64,000 nucleotides of DNA from a virus (taxonomy: Duplodnaviria > Caudoviricetes), in IMG/VR virus record IMGVR_UViG_3300032038_000035, positions 1 through 64,000 of that record; one strand, 5' to 3'. The translations under genes were made by a program, and so were the position numbers. Positions 39,549 through 51,200 of the stretch are shown one piece after another. The notes under the pieces were generated by a model. The model did not search any database, was not told where the DNA came from, and was given only the letters and a program-made list of their open reading frames with translations. Within the stretch, counting starts at the first letter, position 1; each line of letters starts with the position of its first letter.

Positions 39549-39581
39549 TAGAATATACATATCATTATAAAATAAATACGG
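39549..39581 (-). promoter_or_regulatory. Bipartite promoter CCGT-N20-TATATTCTA
   Basis: Exact 20-nt spacer as at 29138 and 62965. Confidence 0.7.
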
Positions 39582-39658
39582 ATAACAATATGATAGTAAT
39601 TCATTATACAAATCCTTATACGGACCTAAAGTTTTATACCTCCAAGTTGAAACTGGTA

Positions 39659-39697
39659 GAAAATTATTCCATGGGTATTCCCCATGGAATAATTTTC
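39659..39697. terminator. Terminator hairpin
   Basis: gaaaattattccatggg-tattc-cccatggaataattttc. Confidence 0.75.
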
Positions 39698-39843
39698 CGC
39701 TTATTTATATAAAACGTATAACAAGTGCATAACTGACATTCAAAGTCAGCTCCTATTATTAACCTCTTTTTATTAAACGGAAACTTTCATTTTCACGGGA
39801 AAATAGCTCTATAGGTCCCCCTACCCTATAGAGTTATTTTTCG

Positions 39844-41145
39844 TCATGGCTTTATTGGATATCCTGTATATGATTTGCCATCGAGATTTTGTTGATCTGT
39901 TATGGTAATATCATTTACTGCAAATGAATTGTAATATGCAAGATTCAGATATATTATAAATCTATATGTCTTATATGGATCTGAATTCTTTATAGTCATT
40001 TCATACTTAGACCAATTTATAGAGAAGTCAGATTCATATTGACCATCTATATCATTCATAATAAGTCTAGGTATTAACAATAGTTGCATATCATTACCAT
40101 TGGCAATGATATCATCCATCACGCGTTTTAAATCTGGCTGTATACACTCAGTTATACTAAATGTATCATCTTTACCTTCATTTTGTTTTTCTGTCTTTAT
40201 TATATTAGAGCTATATAGAGTATAACCTTTCTCTATATATGGATGATCTTGGAATGTTCTCTCAAATGTATAGAGAGGTATATATGCACTATGATCCGAT
40301 TCATGGAGACATAACTTAAACTTCTTATGAAGAACTCGTCTAGTCCAAGCGTAATAAGATGCGATTGCATTAAATTCACATTCTATTTTAAATGTAACAT
40401 TCGTAGGGTCTTCTACCATATTTTTTCTATTCATCTCTTCACATTGAAGATCCGTGAATGTTGAAATAATATTCTGCGGATAAAATAAAAAGTACTCATC
40501 ACTACTAGTAGAATTTCTCATCTTATATGATATAGGATAAGATGCATGTTTTCTAAGGTAATGAGTCAATACAGGAATATTATTCTTATCATCTAAATTA
40601 ATACCAACTATTTCGCATACATGATATAATAATGCTTTGGGTATTAAAGATTCCAAAGATGTTGGTATATAGATAGATCTATTAAACACAAATGTATTAT
40701 TGAGATAATTATATAAATCTAATGCTGAATAATATGTATTACACTGAATCGCTATATCAAAATTTACTTTATATCTATTTATTTTGAATGCCAGTCCAAT
40801 GCCAAAATCATTATCGGAAAAGAAATTCTGTTTAGCAAGACCAGAACCACCTGCTACACCCTGATGCCATACTATCTGAGTGCCTGATAAAAAATCATTG
40901 GATGTTGCGTTATCATAATTCTCTACAGTGGGTCTTATTATCATAAACGGTCTTTGCTTAGCTTCAAATTCTTTATGTGTATGTAAATAACGTCTAAAGT
41001 ATCTAAATGACGTTTTTGTACTTATGCTTCTATCTGCAAGAAAACCTTTTGGCATATTATGCTCCAGATACATCTGTACTGCATTAATAACATTGCCATA
41101 CATTTGTGATATAGAGGTAGCTGCAACGAAGAAAATTTTATCCAT
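39844..41145 (-). CDS. Probable virion structural protein (neck/tail-completion-like)
   Basis: Late promoter at 41166; fold not confidently recognised. Confidence 0.45.
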   Translation of the reverse strand: MDKIFFVAATSISQMYGNVINAVQMYLEHNMPKGFLADRSISTKTSFRYFRRYLHTHKEFEAKQRPFMIIRPTVENYDNATSNDFLSGTQIVWHQGVAGGSGLAKQNFFSDNDFGIGLAFKINRYKVNFDIAIQCNTYYSALDLYNYLNNTFVFNRSIYIPTSLESLIPKALLYHVCEIVGINLDDKNNIPVLTHYLRKHASYPISYKMRNSTSSDEYFLFYPQNIISTFTDLQCEEMNRKNMVEDPTNVTFKIECEFNAIASYYAWTRRVLHKKFKLCLHESDHSAYIPLYTFERTFQDHPYIEKGYTLYSSNIIKTEKQNEGKDDTFSITECIQPDLKRVMDDIIANGNDMQLLLIPRLIMNDIDGQYESDFSINWSKYEMTIKNSDPYKTYRFIIYLNLAYYNSFAVNDITITDQQNLDGKSYTGYPIKP

Positions 41146-41165
41146 TTCATTAACACCTCCTAGAA

Positions 41166-41208
41166 TTAACGATTTGTCCTAGTGCATATCGTGAGAACAT
41201 TATATTAA
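41166..41208. promoter_or_regulatory. Divergent pair of late-type promoters
   Basis: GGACAaatcgtTAA (minus, 41166-41179) and GAACAttatatTAA (plus, 41195-41208). Confidence 0.7.
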
Positions 41209-41225
41209 ACTCTTCATATCTGGGG

Positions 41226-41693
41226 GTGTTTAAATTGAAGCCGATATCTAATGACATCTATAATTTATTAGACTTTTTATTTAAGTTTGCCTTAGTGTAT
41301 ATTCCTTGTGTAATGGGTGCTATTTGTGGCATCTATTTTAAAACCGAGTATTTACATAAGAATGAAAGGTCTAGAAAGCGTAGGCATGTATTATCCGATT
41401 TCGGATTATCATTATCTTCGTCTATAGTTCCGTCTTTAGTAATACTCATAGCTGAATACTTATTACCAGAGCATACTCAAACTAATCACATCTTAAAATA
41501 TGGTATCGCTATGTTATTTGGCTTTATTGGCTCTGATAGAATAACTGAATATCTTATGAATATGACAAACTTATTTAAAGTCTTAAAAGCAATTTCAGAA
41601 GGAATGAGTGGACTATCAAAATTATCAGGTGAGGCAGAAACATTGAATAGTATGAAATCTCTAACGGATGACACAAAAAAGAAGAATGAGTAG
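41226..41693 (+). CDS. Holin-like membrane protein
   Basis: Three hydrophobic segments, charged C-terminus, late promoter. Confidence 0.5.
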   Translation: MFKLKPISNDIYNLLDFLFKFALVYIPCVMGAICGIYFKTEYLHKNERSRKRRHVLSDFGLSLSSSIVPSLVILIAEYLLPEHTQTNHILKYGIAMLFGFIGSDRITEYLMNMTNLFKVLKAISEGMSGLSKLSGEAETLNSMKSLTDDTKKKNE

Positions 41694-41721
41694 AGATGAT
41701 TTATTCTCATCTCTACTCATT

Positions 41722-42090
41722 TTAAAGTACTTTTGAATTTAAATAGACCATAATCTCTCTAGATATCATACTATAGAAACTATCTTTATTAAGATAGACA
41801 GTAACATGATTTACTAAGTCATCTGATAAAGATCCTAACACATTTCTAAAAATGTCTTTATAGTAGTTATCGTAAGATGCCTTGTCTATTATCTTACCAC
41901 CATTATCAAATATATTACGTTCATATAGAGAAATTTCATTATTGATAATAATGTTAATTATCTCAAATAGTTCTTCAAATGTTAATTCGTCTAATTTACT
42001 TTTTTGTGGTTTATTAAGTATATTTGGTAATAGTGATGCAATTAATAATAGTAATATGCATAATAAGCATATGAAGATTGCTACTAACAT
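41722..42090 (-). CDS. N-terminally membrane-anchored protein
   Basis: Hydrophobic first 20 aa; ACA-N6-TAA at 42108-42119; convergent with the holin-like gene. Confidence 0.7.
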   Translation of the reverse strand: MLVAIFICLLCILLLLIASLLPNILNKPQKSKLDELTFEELFEIINIIINNEISLYERNIFDNGGKIIDKASYDNYYKDIFRNVLGSLSDDLVNHVTVYLNKDSFYSMISREIMVYLNSKVL

Positions 42091-42226
42091 TTAAATCACC
42101 TTCCTAGTTATTTTAATGTGATAGAGCGCAAAAAAATAAGCAGTGCCCGTGCAAAGGCACTGCTTATTTTGATGTAAGAAAGGAGAATTATTGATGATTA
42201 CAATATAGTTCAAGCGAATTATATTT

Positions 42227-42808
42227 TTACTCTTCTTTGTTAGCTACCTTTTCATCATCTGATTTGTTTCCGCCATCCATTATTCTATGGTGATCAACTT
42301 CGTCATTGTACTCAGGTATTTGCTTATTTACATCAAAGTCGAAATCATATACCTTAAAGCCGCCACTGTGTCCTATAAATTCTTCATCATCGTCATATAT
42401 TTCTTCATAATGTCTGGTGTCATCAAGTTTGATTTCGCCATTCACTATTATATAGTGCTCCGCGAAACCCATGCCGTCTTCTTCAGTATACAGCTCGATA
42501 GAGATATCATCTTTAATCTCTAATAATGAGGGCAATGTTTTACGCTCATCGATTATTTCCTTGAGTAGTGCATCTATGTCTTCACCAAAAAGTTCATCAA
42601 ATGGCGCATACTTGTCAAGATTCCATGCAGAAGTTGCTGACCATTTACACCAACCGTGCGCATATACATCTCTCATTTTACCATCTTCAGAAAGTTTCTC
42701 ATCGTGCACTTCGTATTCAGGTGAATGACTCTTGATGAACTCCATAGCTTTATTAACGGTTTCGGTTTTACCATATGCACGTAAATCATAATAACAACAG
42801 TTAGCCAT
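42227..42808 (-). CDS. YubB/DUF1281-like ferredoxin-fold protein
   Basis: MANCC start, GWCKWS, YTEEDGMGFAEH. Confidence 0.5.
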   Translation of the reverse strand: MANCCYYDLRAYGKTETVNKAMEFIKSHSPEYEVHDEKLSEDGKMRDVYAHGWCKWSATSAWNLDKYAPFDELFGEDIDALLKEIIDERKTLPSLLEIKDDISIELYTEEDGMGFAEHYIIVNGEIKLDDTRHYEEIYDDDEEFIGHSGGFKVYDFDFDVNKQIPEYNDEVDHHRIMDGGNKSDDEKVANKEE

Positions 42809-42825
42809 ATCGATTCCTCCCAAAA

Positions 42826-43293
42826 TTAATCGTATAGTTCGTCATCCTGAGATTGCTCATATGCATTATACATATATCTGCAATAGAATAACTTAAACTG
42901 CTCATCGGGAATATAATCCACAATAGTAGCAGCCATGAAATCTGTTATAGCATCATTAACTTTATTTAGTTTATCTTCGGTTTCTATATCAGATTCATTA
43001 ATCGCCATTATTATATAATTTCTAGAAGATGCATCAACTTCTAGATTATTACCGATCATAAAAATTAATCCGGATAATGGTGATAATAATTCGGATCTAC
43101 AAATAATTGCGTAGACCTTATATGAATTCTTTATTTCATACCGTTCCCTACAGTTTGCAGGTAATAATGTATTGAAATTTCTAAATATATCGCAAATGGT
43201 TATGTTTGCGGTATCCAAATCGATCTGGATTATCTCCACGTCTTTTGGAGGCGGAGATAATAGACCTTTTATAAAAGCTTTCTTGTCGTACAT
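42826..43293 (-). CDS. Hypothetical protein
   Basis: AAGGAG RBS. Confidence 0.65.
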   Translation of the reverse strand: MYDKKAFIKGLLSPPPKDVEIIQIDLDTANITICDIFRNFNTLLPANCRERYEIKNSYKVYAIICRSELLSPLSGLIFMIGNNLEVDASSRNYIIMAINESDIETEDKLNKVNDAITDFMAATIVDYIPDEQFKLFYCRYMYNAYEQSQDDELYD

Positions 43294-43306
43294 AGATGAT
43301 GCTCCT

Positions 43307-44044
43307 TTATAACAATAATCTTATTAATGGTAAGATTATATTAATATAGTTATATGAAATATCGCATGATGAATCTAATATCTCATACGAGATATCATCC
43401 ATCATGACCATTATGCCATCAATGCAACATTTATACTGAGACCTAGAGTTAAATTCTCTATACGCCTCTATTGATAACTTTTTGTTTTTATATAACTTTA
43501 CCAATTCAGAAAGATATTCGTTTGGATCACCATTCTGCTCTAAATTGTCTACCAATGATTGTATCATTAGTAATATACCATCTTTATGTTGTCTATAGCT
43601 ATCACCAATACCTTTTACATCTATATAGTCTGAAGCTATATAGAATTCTAGTTTATTGATATTGATAAATGCATGATAAACATTTTTTGGTATAAATTCA
43701 ACTGGTCCGAATTTAGTCTGTGTAACTTTATGATTTATTACATAGACTGCGTCTTTCTTTATCGATAAAACATCCATTAGAATATCTAGATCATTTGCTT
43801 CTAGGAATTCTTTTACGATTTTATTAAAAGATTCCTCTAGGCTCTTAGATAAATTCGGATTCTTCCTAAGAAGTAATCCGAATTTAACTTCACGATCTTT
43901 CTTTGGCAATGCGTCTAATGTATCGAGATACTCAAAATCTTTATATAGATTGTAGTATTTCGATACATTAATATTCGCATGCTTTATATCATATTCTATA
44001 ATTGATGAATTATATGACAATTGTCTATCATTTAAGTAATTCAT
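43307..44044 (-). CDS. Small divergent family-B DNA polymerase palm-like protein
   Basis: IIEYDIKHAN (motif A-like) and VLSIKKDAVYV (motif C-like); no exonuclease domain. Confidence 0.55.
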   Translation of the reverse strand: MNYLNDRQLSYNSSIIEYDIKHANINVSKYYNLYKDFEYLDTLDALPKKDREVKFGLLLRKNPNLSKSLEESFNKIVKEFLEANDLDILMDVLSIKKDAVYVINHKVTQTKFGPVEFIPKNVYHAFININKLEFYIASDYIDVKGIGDSYRQHKDGILLMIQSLVDNLEQNGDPNEYLSELVKLYKNKKLSIEAYREFNSRSQYKCCIDGIMVMMDDISYEILDSSCDISYNYINIILPLIRLLL

Positions 44045-44778
44045 TCTTGTGCCTTACTACTATACTTCTTGACAAACTTTGCCATTGCCTTCAGTTGCTT
44101 CTTGGTATATTTCGCATATCTAATAAAGAGCTCTCTTATCTCTTTATTAGAAGTCGAATCCTCAAGAATCTCAGCAATATTCTTATTGTCAAGATATATG
44201 TCATATTCATCGTCTTCCAAATCCATATATGAATCATAGAATGGATTTTTCTTTTCGTCGTTCCATTTGTCAACATCGAACTCATCGAGTTCTTTCTTAA
44301 CCTGAGCTTCCAATGTGTTCTTCATATTTTCTGCACTATTCCAAGTGTAGAAAATCTTGTTGTCAAATATAGGATTCTCAAAGAAGTCATTTATTGTCGA
44401 GCTATACTTGTCGATATACCTCTCATATGCGAGATCCTCGAGAATGATGTATATATTGTCATCCGGGTGTTTGATCTGATATGCAGTTATCATAACTGTG
44501 AGATCGACAAAGTCAACACTCGCAAATGTCTGTGTGACTAGTTCGTTCCTACGTCTTATAGGAACATTCTCGTCAAATACTCTGTCATTGAGTTGATATG
44601 CCAGAGACTTTATACTGGACATCCTAAGGCCATCCTCATCTCTGACATGCTCTGCCATTACATTAGGCAAATCCCTTACTTTCGGTAAGGTGGTTGCGTT
44701 AACTATTACGAAGTTCCTAAATGGGAAGATCTTCTTCCTCTTCTTATAGAACTTTGTTACGGGTATCATGATAATCAT
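44041..44778 (-). CDS. Hypothetical protein
   Basis: ATGA overlaps with both neighbours. Confidence 0.75.
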   Translation of the reverse strand: MIIMIPVTKFYKKRKKIFPFRNFVIVNATTLPKVRDLPNVMAEHVRDEDGLRMSSIKSLAYQLNDRVFDENVPIRRRNELVTQTFASVDFVDLTVMITAYQIKHPDDNIYIILEDLAYERYIDKYSSTINDFFENPIFDNKIFYTWNSAENMKNTLEAQVKKELDEFDVDKWNDEKKNPFYDSYMDLEDDEYDIYLDNKNIAEILEDSTSNKEIRELFIRYAKYTKKQLKAMAKFVKKYSSKAQE

Positions 44779-45071
44779 TCTTGGTTCCTCCTTGTAAAAA
44801 ATGGACGTTGTTTATACCATTCAATGAATTCCTCACGAGTTTTAGGTTTAGCCTGAAGATCTTCCTCCAGTTCCTCCAGTTCCTCGTCAGTGTATGCTCG
44901 TAAACGCGATTCATCAGAATCTTGCTTTAGCATAGACTTTAGCATAGACCTAGTCCTGATAAGGCTGTATAGTGCCCTCTCAGCATTTCGTGAATGCTTC
45001 CAATAGGTTAAGTAATCCGCGTACGCTCTATCGCACTCTTCCTCACTTGGTATCTCTCTAATATCTTCCAT
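44775..45071 (-). CDS. Hypothetical protein
   Basis: GGAGG RBS. Confidence 0.7.
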   Translation of the reverse strand: MEDIREIPSEEECDRAYADYLTYWKHSRNAERALYSLIRTRSMLKSMLKQDSDESRLRAYTDEELEELEEDLQAKPKTREEFIEWYKQRPFFTRRNQE

Positions 45072-45085
45072 ATCCGTCCTCCATT

Positions 45086-46087
45086 TTATAACTTTAAAGA
45101 TTGATACGGGTCTTTCTTAACATTGTCATCATCGTCATTGTCATTCCAATACGATTCTATATCTGTAACGATATTTACAGAGGATGCATCAAATGATGTT
45201 GCATCCTTATAGGAAGATAGAAGTTGCTCAGCTTCTGTCTTTTCTATCGTTTGGACTTCGCCTGTGTTTACACCTGATACTTTGATATACTTCTCAGTAC
45301 CATCTGCCTCTAAGAATCTTATTGCTTCTTCATCTTCGGCATCATAGTCAAACCTTGACATATTCAAAATCTCTGGTACATTATACTTCATAGAACATGC
45401 AGAGTTCTTGCATCGATAATACGTAAAGTCATCAGATGGAACTATCTTTCCTCCACATGCACATGTAATCATATCCATATTTCTTATTGGATAGAAATAT
45501 GCAATATCAATCAATACCAAAGATTCAGAACCGTCACTATTGGTTCTGATACCCCAATTGCAATAATTCTTAGTTGTTAGTCCTACATCGTCCATGATAT
45601 AATAGTTTGACAATATGTCAAGAATAGCACGTATCTCATTTCGATGTGCTACGAAATATGGTTCCGATACTAACTCAACATACTCTCCTACTATTATTTG
45701 TCTATTTGTTTCATAGACTTTATAGAAATATTGAGGAAACTCAATACTTCTTTTATACTCGGAGATATTGTCTATCCATCCTCTTTCGTCAAGAGCTACT
45801 TTGAAAACATAATTGTGTTTTCTAAATGCGATTCGATTTGTACCGCAGCCTATCTCAACAAAACCCAAATCAAACATTATCTTTTTTATCATGTCTGCTT
45901 TTAGATTGCAGTCAGTTATAGAGAAATCTGATGTGATTTTATATAAGGCGGCTTTCGCTTCAGCAGGAATATCTCGCTCTATCCTCGAGAATATTTTTGG
46001 TTGTTTCTCTCCATTCATTTTGGATAAGAGCTGATTAATATACTTGGGATTTACTATTTGTAATCCCCTGTGTTTCTTCTTTCCCAT
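45086..46087 (-). CDS. Protein-kinase-like protein with C-terminal Zn ribbon
   Basis: IGCGTNR (Gly loop), VFKVA, NISE, DVG...NWG, VLIDIAY; CACGG...CKNSAC. Confidence 0.7.
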   Translation of the reverse strand: MGKKKHRGLQIVNPKYINQLLSKMNGEKQPKIFSRIERDIPAEAKAALYKITSDFSITDCNLKADMIKKIMFDLGFVEIGCGTNRIAFRKHNYVFKVALDERGWIDNISEYKRSIEFPQYFYKVYETNRQIIVGEYVELVSEPYFVAHRNEIRAILDILSNYYIMDDVGLTTKNYCNWGIRTNSDGSESLVLIDIAYFYPIRNMDMITCACGGKIVPSDDFTYYRCKNSACSMKYNVPEILNMSRFDYDAEDEEAIRFLEADGTEKYIKVSGVNTGEVQTIEKTEAEQLLSSYKDATSFDASSVNIVTDIESYWNDNDDDDNVKKDPYQSLKL

Positions 46088-46088
46088 A

Positions 46089-47138
46089 TCAATCGTCTCC
46101 TATTCCTAGCATCCTCGAAACTCTGCTTTTAGACGTTAGCATTGTTTGCAACGCTCTATCGGCATTAGCTCTATGCTTTGCATAGGTATCCTCATAGCGT
46201 TTCTTTTCTTTGTCTCTTTGCTTCATAAGCTTCTCGGATTTCTTAACGAGTTTGCGCATATGCTTATAATCATATACGTTCTCTGCACCCAAGTACGCAG
46301 TAAGTCTTCTCTTCTCTGCATCAGACAACGTTTTACGACGTGCTTCAGGTATCGGGTTCATACCTGAATTGAGCATTATCTTCTTTACCAATATATCTAT
46401 TGGTATTTTCTGACTATCCGTCAAGATATATTTAGGTGTATTTACTACACCATTACTTGCTATAGCACTTATCTCGGCATCTGTCAGTAGCTCATCTTGT
46501 TCTTTATGACGTTTATCATATAATGCCAAATGCTCTTCACATGACAAACGACCAACGTTATTCTGTTCGTTTTCACTCTCGGATGCATAATTGCCATCTC
46601 TGATTTGAGATATTATATCTGTATCAAATACCACTGTACTTGCTACATGATTCCTCTTGGCTATAACAGATCTTAATGCTCTCTTCAGAGATCTTGTTAC
46701 GTAAGGAATTTCTTCACCTGCAGGATTGCCGTCTTCTCCGAAACGACCTTTATCCCACTCGATCTGTTCATCAGGAGTTATTGGATCATAATATCTACCA
46801 ACTCCATAGAACGTTCCTTGCATATATTTTTCTCTAAGCTTTCCTTTAAGCTTAGGCGGTTTGATAATTCCTATAGGAATTGTGTCAAACTCGTCGATTA
46901 TGAAATCTATGGCTTTCTCTCCGCCATAATAATTAATAATCTTGGGCTCATACTTATTGTACAAGTCTAGAGCATCTTCATAATCTGATATGTCTGAATA
47001 CTTCTTGCCTATAGAAGTTATCGCTTCATATGCCTCAGGCATATCTTCTTGAAGTGACAAATCCCAATAGTTGTCGTCGTCGAATTCGTTAATTAAAACT
47101 TGGAAATTCCATGCAGGAATTTCGGTGATTTCGCCCAT
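46089..47138 (-). CDS. Hypothetical protein
   Basis: GGAGGT RBS; first gene behind the promoter at 47216. Confidence 0.75.
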   Translation of the reverse strand: MGEITEIPAWNFQVLINEFDDDNYWDLSLQEDMPEAYEAITSIGKKYSDISDYEDALDLYNKYEPKIINYYGGEKAIDFIIDEFDTIPIGIIKPPKLKGKLREKYMQGTFYGVGRYYDPITPDEQIEWDKGRFGEDGNPAGEEIPYVTRSLKRALRSVIAKRNHVASTVVFDTDIISQIRDGNYASESENEQNNVGRLSCEEHLALYDKRHKEQDELLTDAEISAIASNGVVNTPKYILTDSQKIPIDILVKKIMLNSGMNPIPEARRKTLSDAEKRRLTAYLGAENVYDYKHMRKLVKKSEKLMKQRDKEKKRYEDTYAKHRANADRALQTMLTSKSRVSRMLGIGDD

Positions 47139-47211
47139 ATCGATTACCTCCCATTATAAAAATTAATGTTAGTGTAGACTTTTTGCCTACACTAACATTT
47201 GTTATCATCAT

Positions 47212-47227
47212 TATTATATATAAATAT
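47212..47227 (-). promoter_or_regulatory. Early-type promoter ATATTTATATAT
   Basis: Exact 12-mer at 47216-47227, heading the kinase/PolB-like operon. Confidence 0.6.
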
Positions 47228-47229
47228 TT

Positions 47230-48201
47230 TTATACTGCTGAATAGATTCTATACAGATATACGTTTGTAGAAGGTTCTTGTACAGATACATTGTTAAAGT
47301 TAACTACAGAGAAGAGTCGTACACCCACATAGTCATAGTATGTAGAAGTGATCTCTTTCTTTACACCTGTAAAGAGACCAATCTGGTTAAATCTTGCATT
47401 TGTAAGATTACCAGCAGCTACAAAGTATTCTCTAAAGTCATCTTCAGTGATTGTAAGCATGCATTCACCAAAGCATTCAATGAGGTCTGTACGCTGTTTC
47501 TGGCTATCAGTAAGAGTTGATCCTGTGATTTCTGTACCATCATCAGAAGGATCAAGTGTATCTTGCCATAAGCACTTAATAGGTACTACAGGAGTATTAG
47601 ATATTTCCTTAAGATACCAAGCATAGCCTCTATTCTGTCCAGAACTAAGAGCTATAGGCATTCTAAAGAAATAATTTGTAGGTACATTACCAGTCTCATC
47701 AGGAGATATTGTAGCACTATTGGAAACTCTGAAAGGTATCCATGTGCCACCTGTTGACATTGAAGTACCATTAGCTATAGGATTACCTAACGAATACATC
47801 TTGAAGTCAGGATCTGATACAGAACCCCACTCAAGATCTGAACCTCCTATACCACAGCCAAACAGAGCAATCCTTGTTTCACTATCTGAATACTGTATAG
47901 ATGAGTTTATATTAAACTGTGCATTGAGAGTCTGAGGCATAAATCCTATATCAGTAGTAGCTGTATCATTGCCATAGAATAATTTCTCAAGTGCAAGTAC
48001 AGCTCCACCTATTACAACGGTATTTTCATTTACAAATTCAAATATAGGTCTGCCATATTTGTCAAGATTCTGATCTATAGACCCTTTATGACAAAACAGC
48101 TTGCCTTTAAACAGAGGTATACCATGATTTCTGGCAGCTTTCTCTTTGCTACCACTAACAACTTCCATCAAAGGAAGACTATCTTTTATAATTTGCGGCA
48201 T
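47230..48201 (-). CDS. Probable baseplate/tail structural protein
   Basis: Start moved to MPQII behind GAGGAGG; NTVVIGG...FGCGIGG...FNQIGLF pattern; late operon. Confidence 0.5.
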   Translation of the reverse strand: MPQIIKDSLPLMEVVSGSKEKAARNHGIPLFKGKLFCHKGSIDQNLDKYGRPIFEFVNENTVVIGGAVLALEKLFYGNDTATTDIGFMPQTLNAQFNINSSIQYSDSETRIALFGCGIGGSDLEWGSVSDPDFKMYSLGNPIANGTSMSTGGTWIPFRVSNSATISPDETGNVPTNYFFRMPIALSSGQNRGYAWYLKEISNTPVVPIKCLWQDTLDPSDDGTEITGSTLTDSQKQRTDLIECFGECMLTITEDDFREYFVAAGNLTNARFNQIGLFTGVKKEITSTYYDYVGVRLFSVVNFNNVSVQEPSTNVYLYRIYSAV

Positions 48202-48214
48202 TTTAATACCCTCC

Positions 48215-51200
48215 TCATATACTAATATTTTCGCTAGAGTTATATAGCTCTCCAAAATATTGCCACCATTTTGCTTTATCATTAGCATATAGCCAATCTC
48301 GATATTCATCATCTGATTCGAATACCACAGGAATTCGATTATTATTCTCATCCAATTTATAAGGATAAATCTTGTTGCCATGTTCATCCGTTGTATATGG
48401 TTGAGTTAAATCAAATTCATATACTACACGTTTTACTAATTGTAATGTATCGGTATGGGCTACCTTATCGATACTATATGCTTCATTATATGATATTTCA
48501 GGCATACGTATGATATTATTAGTTTCGTATTTTCTAATCTTATCTATTGCAGATATATCACTATCTGATGCATTATATGGTTTTTGTGCATCAGGATGTA
48601 AACTAGGTATATTCCAATTACCGGAGCGTCCTATATATCTTATAGAAGCATTATGCTTCATATAATCATATAGATGGTAATTAAGATCCGATGCTTCCAC
48701 TTGAGAATGTGTATGTGATACTATCTGATCCATCATATAATTAGCCGAGAATAGATTTTTGTATTTACCAATAGCTAACAGTGCATCCGAGAATGTAAGT
48801 TTAATAGACTTATCTATATTAAGTCTAGTAGTGATCTCATGCATTGCAGCAACATCAGTCATTCTCCATTGATCCGGAGTAACTTTGGTTTCTGTATTAA
48901 GCTTAGTCAATTCAGACATATATTTCATTAAGTTATCAGTTTTATCATCAACTCTAAACTCTAATGCATAATGCAATAAATCGACTTTAGCTGACTTAAA
49001 GAAGTATATCATCTTCCAGATGTATGACAATATCTTCTTCATATTAAATCCACCATATGCATGCAGATATAATAGGTCATCACTTATCTTATCAAGATAC
49101 GATAATGAGTACTCAAGCTCAGTTATACGTTGCTTTTCTGTCATATTATCTATTCTAAGAGTAAGCATTGGGTTGATAGAGTCTAAGAGATCTTTATAAG
49201 ATTCAGCAACAGTATCGCTTCCCTTTAGTTTATATACATCCTGTGCATATTTAGTAGTCATTAGCATCTTATTGAGTCTACGCATAGCATGAAATGCTTT
49301 AGGATTCTTAATACCCCAAGTAAGCTTGGTAAACTCATTATGTAATTCTACTATTGCATTATATGAAGATTGAAGTTTACTCCAATCCTTATCAACACCT
49401 CTGCCAATTCCTATAGAAATTTCATAATCATTGATATCAGATATATTTCTATCTGCATCTATTATATCTCTTATATGATTCTTGATGTAATCAAATACAT
49501 TAATAGGCTTATGTGTTATCGGGTCAAGTACTTGCGTCATAGTATCATTCATATATGAGTATGCAACATTAGCTCTATTATTCTGATAACCTTCTTGTGT
49601 ACTTGAATGCCTATAAGAAAATTCAGACATATATCGAGCATTGTCATATAAGAAGAAATCATCTATCGTCTTAGACAATTCGGATGTAGTTTTAGTCTTA
49701 TCTAAGAAATAATATCTCAGATACAATGCTATCCATCTAATATCATCTATGCAAGTATAATAAGCATTATTAGGATCTAATACAATCGGTGTCAGTTCTT
49801 CTATCTGATCGGATATGAATAGTCTGAATTCTCTCTTAGTACGTAATCCAACTAGAGCATTATACATATTAAGCTCTATTAAGATTTGACCAATCGTAGT
49901 TTCTTCAGACCAAATATAATCCTCAGAGAATAGATCAATATCTTCATCACAATCTATGAACTCAGATATTACTCCTATAAGATAATATAATGAATGAGTA
50001 TAATTGTATTGATTGTGGTGTACAAGATCTCGTTGCTCTTGCATTTCTTCATCTGTGTATGCAGATGGATCTATTTCCTTCTCTGCTTCCATTTCAGCTA
50101 AACGCTTAGAAGATGCTTCATATGCAACTCGAGCTTTAACACCCTCAGTCATCATATAACACCATTCATCATATGTAACATTTACATTTCTGTATTTTAT
50201 ATCAACGATGTCATTAACTTTATAACTGATCTTCTTATTTATAAGAATCTGATGATATCTAACAACAAGTTCATCCGGTGGTTCAACATCATATGTCGAA
50301 CTTAAGATATCTACTACTTTAGCTTCATCTACACTAATAACAGTCTGACCAGATCTATGCTCAAGTCTTACAGTATTACCGGGTAATACATTTGATACAT
50401 CGCCAAGTACATAAATGATATCTGTATCATCTCTGTCAAATGCAATGTATTCTGTAAGGCTTTCATTCATATCAATAACATCTTGTGGATATGTATTAAA
50501 TCTGCGTATTATAGTTACTATAAACGGATTTATTAATTCGTAATTAGTAACGAACTCAGCATATACTTGATTTCTAAATATTTTATCTTCTGTATCTTTA
50601 GATGTATCTATTTCTTTTACACTAGGAATACGACCTCTCATATCTCTGAGAAGAGGTCCATTACCATCAAGATAATCATGATTAGAGTAACATGCAGTAT
50701 TATGGCAATACTCAAATTGATTAGTCAAATCTTCTCTAGGTACACCACAGAAACTGCATACACTATCGGAATAATATACTTTTACGAATCTGAAATCTAA
50801 GAGATTCTTCATCTTAGCTTCTTCATCAGTATAGCTTTCTAATAAATGCTTAATACCATTGAATGCTATAGCCAATTTGGTTCTTATTCTCTCAGCCTCA
50901 CTAGCCTCTGGGAAATTACCCATAGTTATAGGCTTTAAATAACCTATAGAGATATATTCCAGCACGTACTGATAGAATCCTGTGAAATCATCATTATTGA
51001 CATCAAGTTTATTCAATTCTGCTTCTTTCTCAGTATTATACAGTACTACTGAATTTGCATTTGCTGGTGTATATCCTTCATAGCTAACTGGCTTAAAATA
51101 GTATGAGCCGTCAGTTTCTTTTACTATAATTCCGGGTTTATAGTTATAGATAAATTGCCTAGATAAATAACCATATACCACAGTTAAATCTTCGATGAAA

